From the NCBI RefSeq assembly GCF_003428155.1, contig NZ_QLIR01000005.1, forward strand, positions 84,312-116,311: DNA of 32,000 nt, read 5' to 3'. The notes below the pieces were generated by a model. That model was given only the letters and a program-made list of their open reading frames with translations, ran no database searches and had not been told where the DNA came from. Every line of letters begins with the position of its first letter. The stretch's first letter is position 1. The translations under genes were made by a program, and so were the position numbers. Below are positions 1-7,788 of this stretch, in pieces. This DNA is from Fastidiosibacter lacustris. Its GTDB lineage: Bacteria; Pseudomonadota; Gammaproteobacteria; Francisellales; Francisellaceae.

Positions 1-88
1 TAACACTTGCTTTTTCAAGTGTATCAGGGTTATTAGCATTTCCATGAGGTGTATAAGGTTTAAGCTCTGCCGTACTTAACCATTGCAT
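1..88 (-). CDS. 5' end of an unidentified protein gene running off the left edge (MQWLSTAELKPYTPHGNANNPDTLEKASV...)
   Basis: ATG at 88-86 on the minus strand with AAGGAA 5 nt upstream. The frame stays open to position 1. Too short to assign a family. Confidence 0.3.
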   Translation of the reverse strand, partial: MQWLSTAELKPYTPHGNANNPDTLEKASV

Positions 89-340
89 AGTGATTCCTTT
101 GGCATTTCATTGAGCAAATAATTAAGTTAAATAATTGCTTATAACGATAGCTTATAAAATTGGAATATCTAAAGATCTTTAGCACAAATCATGCTGCCTC
201 AAGGTCTAGATGATGAATTAGTTATGAAACTAAATGGGAGATTTTTGATTATATTGGGGCTAAAGTAAGATTAAGAATAAGCAGTATATTAATTGTATTA
301 GTCTGGATATAATTGGTTTATGAATAATCTGAAAAGATGT

Positions 341-2395
341 TCAAGCTTTGATATATTCATCAGTTTTGTTTAACCAACGATGAATGATTTTCTCTGCGTG
401 CTTAGGATATTGTTTGATAATTGCTTCAGCAATATTAGTCACATCATCAAAAAGTGCTTGGTGTTGGCTTAAATCAGCAACTTTAAATTGAATTCCCCCT
501 GTTTGATTAGTTCCAAATATATCACCAGGACCTCTTAATTTTAAGTCTTCTTCGGCAATTACGAAGCCATTTTGCGTTTTACGCATAAGTTCTAAGCGTT
601 TTTTGGCAGTATTGGATAAAGGGGAGTGATATAGTAATATACAATTACTTTCTTTGTTACCGCGCCCAACACGTCCACGTAATTGATGTAATTGCGATAA
701 TCCAAGACGTTCGGCATTATCAATAATCATAATATTGGCATTGGGTACATCTACTCCAACTTCAATAACTGTTGTTGCAACCAATATATCTAACTCATGG
801 GATTTGAATGCCTGCATGATATCTTCTTTGTGCTGAGCTTTTAGTTTACCATGTATAAGCCCTATGCGAGCGCAAGGTAGCATGTTGCTTAGCATTTCAA
901 AAAGAGATTGGGCATCTTGTAAAGTAATTAGAACCTCTGAACTTTCAATTAAAGGACACACCCAATAAGCTTGACCATTATTGGCAATATGTTGTTCAAG
1001 TCGTGTAATTAGAATTTGCTTTTTAGTTTGGTTTAAAACACTGGTTGTAATCGGTTTACGATTAGGAGGAAGTTCATCAATAATGGAAAGATCTAAATCA
1101 CCATAGACAGTCATTGCTAGTGTGCGTGGGATAGGGGTAGCAGTCATTACAATCTGATGTGGCTGCCAATTTTTAGTTTTAGCTTTTTCAATTAAACTCA
1201 ACCGCTGCTCTACACCAAATCGATGTTGCTCATCAATTATGACTAATCCTAAATTCGGATAGTCAATGTTGTTTTGGAAAACGGCGTGTGTGCCGATAAT
1301 AACACAATTATCTTGATTCTCTATCGTTTTTAAGGCCTCTTTACGCGCCTTAGTCGTAAGCTGTTGAGCAATAAATACTACAGGAATATTAAATATGTTT
1401 AACCAGTTTGTAAGGTTATGATAGTGCTGTTTGGCTAAAATTTCAGTTGGTGCCATCATGACAGATTGTAGTTTATTGTGTGCAGCTTGAATGACTATGG
1501 CGCCAGCAACAACGGTTTTACCTGAACCAACATCACCTTGAACAAGACGTGATGCTGGTTTATTAAGCGTGAAATCATACAAAATCTCATTGATAACGCG
1601 TATTTGAGCTGGGGTAGGTTGAAAGCTTAAAGTTTCTAAAAAAGTTTTTAAAAGCGTATGATTAACGGCAATTCGAGCAGATGAGGTTATTTGATTGTGC
1701 AACCTTGCTTTTTTAGCATTTAAGTTGTGTGCTAACAATTCTTCTAATGCTAAGCGATAGCGTGCGCGAGCACTAAGGTTATATAGGTTATCAAAGTTAT
1801 CGTTTTTTGGGAAATGGAGAGTATGTAATGCTTGATTTATATTTTCTAGTTGATGTTTTTGTAAAAGTGAAAGTGGCATATATTCATCAAGCTTGATTTG
1901 ATCTTTGAGTTGTAAAATTAATTTATAAAAAACGGCAGAGCTTATTCCTTCAATAGTTGGATAAATAGGAATAATATTACCTAATTTTTTACCTTTATCT
2001 TCATCGGTTAAAATTTGCCATTCAGGGTGAGTGATCTCAACAGCATGATGATTATGAACAATCTCACCAAAGCAGCGAATGATTTTACCTTTTTGCAAGA
2101 GTCGTGTTTGATTTGAGTAAAACTTAAATAAGTGCATTTTACAAACGCCACTGCTATCAAAAAAGTAGCAAGTTAAATGTTTTTTACCAATATCATTAAT
2201 ATTGACTTGGCGAATTACACCTTCAATTTGTTGTTTTTCACCAGCTGTAGTATGAGCAATGGGTATAATTGTACGGCGATCTTGATAGTATCTAGGCAGG
2301 TGGAGTAAAAGATCAGTGACTGTATTGATACCAGCTTTATTGAGTTTATTTAAAATAGATTGACCAATACCTTTTAGCGATTTTAACTCTAGCAT
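341..2395 (-). CDS. recG: ATP-dependent DNA helicase RecG
   Basis: 684-aa ORF with an N-terminal wedge/OB region. Walker A GDVGSGKT, DEQHRFG (DEAH-type box), TATPIPRT and QLRGRVGRG helicase motifs. Length and architecture are typical of RecG. Confidence 0.95.
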   Translation of the reverse strand: MLELKSLKGIGQSILNKLNKAGINTVTDLLLHLPRYYQDRRTIIPIAHTTAGEKQQIEGVIRQVNINDIGKKHLTCYFFDSSGVCKMHLFKFYSNQTRLLQKGKIIRCFGEIVHNHHAVEITHPEWQILTDEDKGKKLGNIIPIYPTIEGISSAVFYKLILQLKDQIKLDEYMPLSLLQKHQLENINQALHTLHFPKNDNFDNLYNLSARARYRLALEELLAHNLNAKKARLHNQITSSARIAVNHTLLKTFLETLSFQPTPAQIRVINEILYDFTLNKPASRLVQGDVGSGKTVVAGAIVIQAAHNKLQSVMMAPTEILAKQHYHNLTNWLNIFNIPVVFIAQQLTTKARKEALKTIENQDNCVIIGTHAVFQNNIDYPNLGLVIIDEQHRFGVEQRLSLIEKAKTKNWQPHQIVMTATPIPRTLAMTVYGDLDLSIIDELPPNRKPITTSVLNQTKKQILITRLEQHIANNGQAYWVCPLIESSEVLITLQDAQSLFEMLSNMLPCARIGLIHGKLKAQHKEDIMQAFKSHELDILVATTVIEVGVDVPNANIMIIDNAERLGLSQLHQLRGRVGRGNKESNCILLYHSPLSNTAKKRLELMRKTQNGFVIAEEDLKLRGPGDIFGTNQTGGIQFKVADLSQHQALFDDVTNIAEAIIKQYPKHAEKIIHRWLNKTDEYIKA

Positions 2396-2398
2396 GTC

Positions 2399-3697
2399 CT
2401 ATCTAAACCATGATTTTAGTTTGTTATTAAGTGCATTATTTAGTGCTTTTTCAATAATAGGTTGTAAGTTTTGTTGTAATTTCTGTTGGTTGATTTTAGC
2501 ACTGAAATTTCCATTTTGGTAATTAAGGATATAGGGAATGTGTAAGCTAGGTTCGACTTGAACATTTAATAACAATGGATAATTAAAATATTCCTTGGAC
2601 ACATCAAACTTCCCTGTACCTGTTATGCTAAATTTAGGTGCAAGCCAACTGAGTCTCGTCGTTGTAATCATTGAGTCAACAAATTGACTCTGTACATTTA
2701 AAGTATTTAGCTGGGTATGTTGATTTGGATCTGCATTAAATTTATCGCTGTTTAAGATTGGCAATATTTGGTTTTTTAAGCTCTGAAAGGCGGTTTCAAT
2801 TTCATCACCACTATTTAGTGCAGTGAGTAGTTTGTGAGTTGAGTCAGCAATACTATTTAAATTGATTCCGTTAAGCTTAGCACTATTGGCGTGGATATTG
2901 ATATTACCTTGTAGTTTTTGAAGGTTATCTTGTTGAAGGTCGAAATTAATGTTGAATTGATTAAGTGTGAGTAAAAAACCTTTCATGTCAATAATTTTTT
3001 CAACAGCAATTTTTGGGGCTGAAAATTTACCTTCAGCAGAAAAATGAGGTTTTAGTTTTATTTGCTTGAGTGTACCTATTAGTTCTTCGCCATTAATATC
3101 AAGTGTAATGTTCTCAATATCAGTAACTTTATCGTTATCAGTGATATAAATTCTAGGAACTTTGAGAGACGTAGAGTGATTATTAATAGTAGTTTGTAAT
3201 GTAATATCATCAAACTGAATTGTGTTTGAATATGGATTGAGCGCCATTTGGAAGTTAAAATCATTAAATTCATTGACAAAGCTCCCTTTAATATTATATT
3301 TCTGGTTTTTCTCGAGGACGTTAAGTGTAGGAATTAAAAATTTTATTTTAGTACCAAGTTTAACTTGTCCTTGTTCAAGATCAAGTGACTTAATTGAGTT
3401 ATTGGGATTTATAATAAGGTCAATAAAATTAACTTTAATGGTACCTTGTTGCCAATGACTGGTGAGGATGTTGTTGTTAGTGTTAATTGTAATATTTTGC
3501 CCATCAAGTTGCATTAACCATAAGTTAAATGAAAGCCTGCCATCAATAAGGATATGAACATTGTTGTTCTGACTAAGTTTATTATTAACCCAGTTTTTGT
3601 AATCATTGGGATTAAAAATAAATTTCAACCAGATGAAAAATAGCAACAGAAGAAGCGTAATTGTAAGAAGGAGACTTAATATAAGTTTTTTAACCAT
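2399..3697 (-). CDS. AsmA-family envelope protein (short form)
   Basis: N-terminal membrane anchor MVKKLILSLLLTITLLLLLFFIWL followed by the NPNDYK motif (E. coli AsmA has NPNDFR at the same place). N/Q-rich beta-rich body. I prefer the ATG at 3697 (AAGGAA 5 nt upstream) over the track start at 3727. The stop lies 3 nt before the recG ATG. Confidence 0.75.
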   Translation of the reverse strand: MVKKLILSLLLTITLLLLLFFIWLKFIFNPNDYKNWVNNKLSQNNNVHILIDGRLSFNLWLMQLDGQNITINTNNNILTSHWQQGTIKVNFIDLIINPNNSIKSLDLEQGQVKLGTKIKFLIPTLNVLEKNQKYNIKGSFVNEFNDFNFQMALNPYSNTIQFDDITLQTTINNHSTSLKVPRIYITDNDKVTDIENITLDINGEELIGTLKQIKLKPHFSAEGKFSAPKIAVEKIIDMKGFLLTLNQFNINFDLQQDNLQKLQGNINIHANSAKLNGINLNSIADSTHKLLTALNSGDEIETAFQSLKNQILPILNSDKFNADPNQHTQLNTLNVQSQFVDSMITTTRLSWLAPKFSITGTGKFDVSKEYFNYPLLLNVQVEPSLHIPYILNYQNGNFSAKINQQKLQQNLQPIIEKALNNALNNKLKSWFR

Positions 3698-3817
3698 GGT
3701 TATTCCTTTATCGTCAACTTTCAGCATGAAATTAACAGAATATGTTTGGCATCATGCACTATGTTTTTTATGATAGTCTGAATTATTGACGAATATTGAG
3801 TTTACGCCAAGTTGATT

Positions 3818-4012
3818 ATGACAAAAAAATACCTCAAATATGGAATTCCTTTATTATTAAACATTTGTATAATAGGTTGTGGGCAGATGGGACCATTATA
3901 TTTGCCTTCTAGCGAAAAAAATGAACCTCAAACAAAATCACAGCCAGTGACAAAAACACCACAAGATGTAGGAAAGTGGCAAAATAGCGATGAAATAGAG
4001 TTTTCAAAATGA
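3818..4012 (+). CDS. lptM: LptM/YifL-family small lipoprotein (LPS translocon maturation factor family)
   Basis: Signal peptide with lipobox IIGC, then GQMGPLYLP. This matches the family hallmark C-G-x-K-G-P-L-Y-x-P of E. coli YifL/LptM. Proline/polar tail and about 64 aa, as in YifL. ATG at 3818 preferred over the TTG at 3812. Confidence 0.65.
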   Translation: MTKKYLKYGIPLLLNICIIGCGQMGPLYLPSSEKNEPQTKSQPVTKTPQDVGKWQNSDEIEFSK

Positions 4013-5154
4013 AAATGCAGCTATTAATTATTACAGTAATAGGGATGATTAATCTATCAACTGCTTATGCAGTAAGTCCTGAAAACGCCAAAATTATGGC
4101 AGAAAAATACCGCGCGTTAGCGGAAAGCTATAACAAATTAGCACAAGAATATGAAATGGTAGTAAAGAATGAAGATATGTTAAATAAGACCCCAGCGCTG
4201 ACTATCAAACAAAAAGCAACGGATGATGCAAAAAAAATACAAACTAAGGAATTGAAAGTACAACAACAAAACAAAGATATTCAATCACAGGCAAACGATA
4301 GTACGCCACTAAATCCCTGGTCTGTTGAATTGGAAACACAAAAAGAGATAAATAATGTAACAAAGTCACCAGTTCACACTGTAAGTGAAAATCAAAGTAA
4401 AAGGCTAATAGGTTTAAGTGAACTTATTCTCCCCGAAGGTATTATGGATGATAATATTGAAGTGCAAAAAATACCTAATATTACAGTAGTAGTACCTTGG
4501 AAAGGCACAAGTTTTGGTCTTGGAGGAAGTATCGTTACAGGTAATTCAGCAGCAACAAACTATAATGCCAATGCCAATATTAGTTATAACCCAATTATTC
4601 CTTGGGAAAACACTTTGGTAATGAGTTATTTGTATAATCGTGATGATATGTCAGGTGGAAAAGGAGTTAAAACAAATAAATTTCAAGCATTAGGTACCAC
4701 TTCATGGAATTTTGATAAAAATAATGGTCTTTATGCAAGTTTAAACTACTTAAATGATCAGCTAGATACTTATACCTATCTTCTTACTGAATCGTTTGGC
4801 TATAAGCGACAACTTTACTCAAGGCATAATATGTCACTCAATACAACTTTAGGTCCGAGTTTAACTCAGTCAAAAATAAAAGAATCAGGAGAGTTTGCAA
4901 ATGCGCTGGGTGCACAGAATACAATTAATTATGTTTGGAATTTTACTGACGCATCAAGTTTTAAACAAAACTTTTTAGTGAACTGGACAGCAAGTGACGC
5001 AACAACTTATCAAACAAATAGTACTCTCTCAACAGAGCTATATGAAAACCTGATCTTGCAATTAGGATTTCAAGTAAACGGTAGCAGTTGGGCAAGCAGT
5101 GGTAAAAAACGTATCAATACGGTTACTTCAACAACAATCGCTTATACTTTTTAA
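4009..5154 (+). CDS. DUF481 (YdiY-like) outer-membrane beta-barrel protein with an N-terminal coiled-coil/Q-K-rich extension
   Basis: SPase I signal (STAYA|VS), then about 130 aa of helical, low-complexity K/Q/E region. The C-terminal ~230 aa have alternating-hydrophobic beta strands and a YdiY-like pattern (GGSIVTGNS..., ...SFGYKRQL..., GPSL...). Terminal aromatic ...IAYTF is typical of OMPs. The start ATGA overlaps the lptM stop. Confidence 0.6.
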   Translation: MKMQLLIITVIGMINLSTAYAVSPENAKIMAEKYRALAESYNKLAQEYEMVVKNEDMLNKTPALTIKQKATDDAKKIQTKELKVQQQNKDIQSQANDSTPLNPWSVELETQKEINNVTKSPVHTVSENQSKRLIGLSELILPEGIMDDNIEVQKIPNITVVVPWKGTSFGLGGSIVTGNSAATNYNANANISYNPIIPWENTLVMSYLYNRDDMSGGKGVKTNKFQALGTTSWNFDKNNGLYASLNYLNDQLDTYTYLLTESFGYKRQLYSRHNMSLNTTLGPSLTQSKIKESGEFANALGAQNTINYVWNFTDASSFKQNFLVNWTASDATTYQTNSTLSTELYENLILQLGFQVNGSSWASSGKKRINTVTSTTIAYTF

Positions 5155-5227
5155 GGTTGTAAATGCTGCAAAAAACTTTGTTAGTGGTATATAATGTTAT
5201 GTTATCTCTACAGGTAGTAAAATAATT

Positions 5228-5677
5228 ATGTCTAAGAAAAAAATCACTTTATCGAACAGGAAGCGTTTAAGTGAGTTACAGACTAAAGCGGTAAAAACAA
5301 ACGCAGATGTTCGTCGTGAACAGATTCAGTCTATGCGTGAAATGCATGTTATGCCTGAAGGGAAGCTTGAGCTTGCAATTGAGCAGATGGTTGCGGATGT
5401 TGTATTTGAGTTGAATAACTTATATCGCCAGTGGAGTCAGCCGCTTGATTATAATCGTTATCGGTATAGCCCAAATGAACGTAATAGAAAGCTATTGAAT
5501 GAGTTAAAGGTATTTTTAAATGAGATAGCGGATTGGCTTATGAGTAAAGGTATTCGTGGTGAGGAGTGCAGGGAAAGGTGTCAGGAAATTGTTGATCGGA
5601 TTTCTCAAGGTTTACGCATAGAAGGGATACCCGTTGGTCATTTACAGTTACATTCTGAAAAGAGACAGGAATTTTAA
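5228..5677 (+). CDS. Hypothetical 149-aa basic, all-helical protein (no family recognised)
   Basis: Long ORF in an otherwise tightly packed region, with the same codon style as its neighbours. The stop is 2 nt before the rlmB ATG. No recognisable motif. Confidence 0.5.
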   Translation: MSKKKITLSNRKRLSELQTKAVKTNADVRREQIQSMREMHVMPEGKLELAIEQMVADVVFELNNLYRQWSQPLDYNRYRYSPNERNRKLLNELKVFLNEIADWLMSKGIRGEECRERCQEIVDRISQGLRIEGIPVGHLQLHSEKRQEF

Positions 5678-5679
5678 TT

Positions 5680-6444
5680 ATGCATAATCTCATAATGATG
5701 TATGGTATACACGCGATCAAATCGCGCATAAAAGTTCATGCTGATGCAATTCAAACGATCTATTGTATTAAAGGTAAAGAAACTGCGCCTAAGCTTGGTG
5801 AGTTAAAGGCTTTGATGTTTAAAAAAAATCTAGAATTTAGCTTGGTCAACAAAGAGGTCTTTAATCAATTATTACAACAAAACAGTTTAAATGATGTAGT
5901 GCATCAAAATATATTGGCATTGTGCCAATCGAATATCAATTTATATCACGAAAGTGACCTTTTATTATTACTTAGACAATCTAAAAAACCAGTCTTTATT
6001 TTGATATTAGATGGTGTTCAAGATCCACATAATCTTGGTGCATGTATACGCAGTGCTGATGCAGCAGGTGTTGACTTTATCGTTTTTCCTAAGGATAAAA
6101 ATGCAACGATCAATGCCACTGTTGAAAAAGTAGCAAGTGGTGCGGTAAGTAGTGCCAAGCTTGTTGCAGTGACAAATTTAGCGCGAGCCATTGGTGTTAT
6201 AAAAGATGCAGGTATTTGGGTAACAGGGCTTGCAGGTGAGGCAAAAAACCTCATTTACGATATTGATTTAACAGTTCCTTGTGCATTAGTGATGGGTGCC
6301 GAAGGTAGTGGACTTCGTTTCGGGACACGTAAAATGTGTGATTATTTAGCAAAACTTCCAATGTACGGTCAAGTATCGAGTTTAAACGTTTCAGTTGCAA
6401 CAGGGATTGCTTTGTACGAAGTCATAAGACAAAGATTAGAGTGA
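5680..6444 (+). CDS. rlmB: 23S rRNA (guanosine-2'-O)-methyltransferase RlmB (SpoU/TrmH family)
   Basis: N-terminal SpoU substrate-binding region (YGIHAIKSRIK). SPOUT motifs LDGVQDPHNLGACIRSADAAG, LVMGAEGSGLR and PMYGQVSSLNVSVATGIALYE. Confidence 0.85.
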   Translation: MHNLIMMYGIHAIKSRIKVHADAIQTIYCIKGKETAPKLGELKALMFKKNLEFSLVNKEVFNQLLQQNSLNDVVHQNILALCQSNINLYHESDLLLLLRQSKKPVFILILDGVQDPHNLGACIRSADAAGVDFIVFPKDKNATINATVEKVASGAVSSAKLVAVTNLARAIGVIKDAGIWVTGLAGEAKNLIYDIDLTVPCALVMGAEGSGLRFGTRKMCDYLAKLPMYGQVSSLNVSVATGIALYEVIRQRLE

Positions 6445-6477
6445 TCTTATGTTTAAAGAGGTATATGGTGCTTAACA

Positions 6478-7005
6478 TTGACGATAGGTTTAAGGGAAAA
6501 GGCTGTGAAGTTTAGAAAATCTAGACCTATGCAATGGGTTGTTTTGATTCTTCTACTATTTATCTTTGTTGGCATTATGATTGAGAATCTGCATACCAAC
6601 CATGAAAGTCAGTTTACACTTAATACCTCTCAACGTCAGGTTCAATTAGATTTAAATGCCTTGTTAGCATCCATTCAAATAAATAGTCAACACAGTGAAA
6701 ATTATCAAGTGGGCTATCATAATTTTGAACAAGGAAACTGTGAATTGGCATATAAACAGGTTCTGCCTTTTGCCAGAAGTGGTGAAACTAATGCTACTCT
6801 AGTGATTGGATTTATGTATGAGTTTGGTTGTGGTGTTAAAGATAGTGCTAAAAAAGCGGCACTTTGGTATTACAGTGGTATCAAACGTAATACTTATAAT
6901 AAGGTTCTAATTTTGCGTGGACTTCATGCTTATAACAACGGTGATTATAATATGGCGGCAGAATGGTTTAGAATGGCTAGTGAGTTAAGTGTTATAAAGG
7001 CGTAA
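6478..7005 (+). CDS. Sel1-repeat (TPR-like) membrane-anchored protein
   Basis: K/R-rich N-terminus plus a TM helix ([16 protein letters not shown]). Sel1-like repeat signatures ([29 protein letters not shown]; [15 protein letters not shown]). The start is uncertain: TTG 6478, GTG 6505 or ATG 6529. Confidence 0.65.
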   Translation: MTIGLREKAVKFRKSRPMQWVVLILLLFIFVGIMIENLHTNHESQFTLNTSQRQVQLDLNALLASIQINSQHSENYQVGYHNFEQGNCELAYKQVLPFARSGETNATLVIGFMYEFGCGVKDSAKKAALWYYSGIKRNTYNKVLILRGLHAYNNGDYNMAAEWFRMASELSVIKA

Positions 7006-7676
7006 TGAAGATGGATAGGCAACAAGCTTGGCGCGATGTGTTGGCAGAATATAAAAATAGCGAGCGCTTTCAAGATACGTTGGCATTTGTTGCAAATGAA
7101 CGTAAAAAAGGCAAAATAATTTTTCCACAACAACAAGATGTTTTTAATGCGTTTAAGCTGTGTTCATTAGAGAACTTAAAAGTTGTTATTTTAGGTCAGG
7201 ATCCCTATCACAACGTTGGACAGGCACATGGTTTGGCATTTTCAGTGCAAAAAAACGTGATCCCGCCACCCTCATTAGTTAATATTTATAAAGAGCTCAG
7301 TGCAGATATCAATATCAGCGTACCTCAACATGGAAACTTAAGTAATTGGGCAGCACAAGGTGTTTTTTTACTTAATACTGTTCTAACTGTAGAAGCGCAT
7401 AAAGCGCATTCACATGCCAATATCGGTTGGGAGGATTTTACCGATAATGTCATACATATTATTAATAAATATAAAGAGCATGTCGTTTTCATGCTGTGGG
7501 GAGCTCCTGCTCAAAGGAAATCAAGTTTAATTGATGGGAATAAACATCTGATACTAAAAGCGCCTCACCCATCACCATTATCGGCACATCGTGGTTTTTT
7601 TGGTTGTAAGCACTTTTCTCAAGCCAACCAATATTTAAAATTTCATGGAGTAGAACCAATAGATTGGCAGTTGTAG
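7005..7676 (+). CDS. ung: Uracil-DNA glycosylase (family 1)
   Basis: Near-colinear with E. coli Ung: [53 protein letters not shown]. The start overlaps the Sel1 stop (TAATG). Confidence 0.92.
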   Translation: MKMDRQQAWRDVLAEYKNSERFQDTLAFVANERKKGKIIFPQQQDVFNAFKLCSLENLKVVILGQDPYHNVGQAHGLAFSVQKNVIPPPSLVNIYKELSADINISVPQHGNLSNWAAQGVFLLNTVLTVEAHKAHSHANIGWEDFTDNVIHIINKYKEHVVFMLWGAPAQRKSSLIDGNKHLILKAPHPSPLSAHRGFFGCKHFSQANQYLKFHGVEPIDWQL

Positions 7677-7683
7677 GTACTTT

Positions 7684-7712
7684 TTGATTTTTTTAATTTA
7701 TCAGATTATAAA
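7684..7712 (+). promoter_or_regulatory. Sigma70-like promoter candidate for the arg cluster
   Basis: TTGATT (7684-7689), 17 nt spacer, TATAAA (7707-7712). About 75 nt upstream of the GNAT::argG start. Confidence 0.3.
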
Positions 7713-7788
7713 AATAATGAATTTTATTTATTAATGATCTTTGGTTATCTTTTAAAACCTGTCCCTTAATAAAAAGCAGATTGATGAT

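Noticed and set aside
191-268. 25-codon ORF (MLPQGLDDELVMKLNGRFLIILGLK*) in the 240-bp gap between the left-edge gene and recG
   Set aside because: No SD and no recognisable features. The region more plausibly holds the promoter of the leftward gene and the recG 3' end.
3079-3458. Track ORFs 3079-3279 (-) and 3222-3458 (+) inside or opposite the AsmA-like gene
   Set aside because: Both are fully embedded in a much longer, motif-supported ORF. They have low-complexity I/L/K/S-rich translations typical of off-frame reading of AT-rich coding DNA, with no SD.
7003-7013. Identical 11-mer TAATGAAGATG at two overlapping stop/start junctions (7003-7013 Sel1/ung and 18054-18064 Fe-S carrier/sufT), plus a similar ATGAAAATG at lptM/DUF481
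   Set aside because: Roughly a hundred or more identical 11-mer pairs are expected by chance in 32 kb of AT-rich DNA. The shared sequence is just stop-overlap plus a Met-Lys-Met start. No extended similarity on either side.
5538-7136. Antisense ORFs 5538-5729, 6018-6254 and 6945-7136
   Set aside because: Each lies opposite a well-supported gene (the orphan ORF/rlmB junction, rlmB, Sel1/ung). The 6018-6254 product is the A/P/S/T-rich pattern expected from reading a GC-richer gene backwards. No independent start signals.
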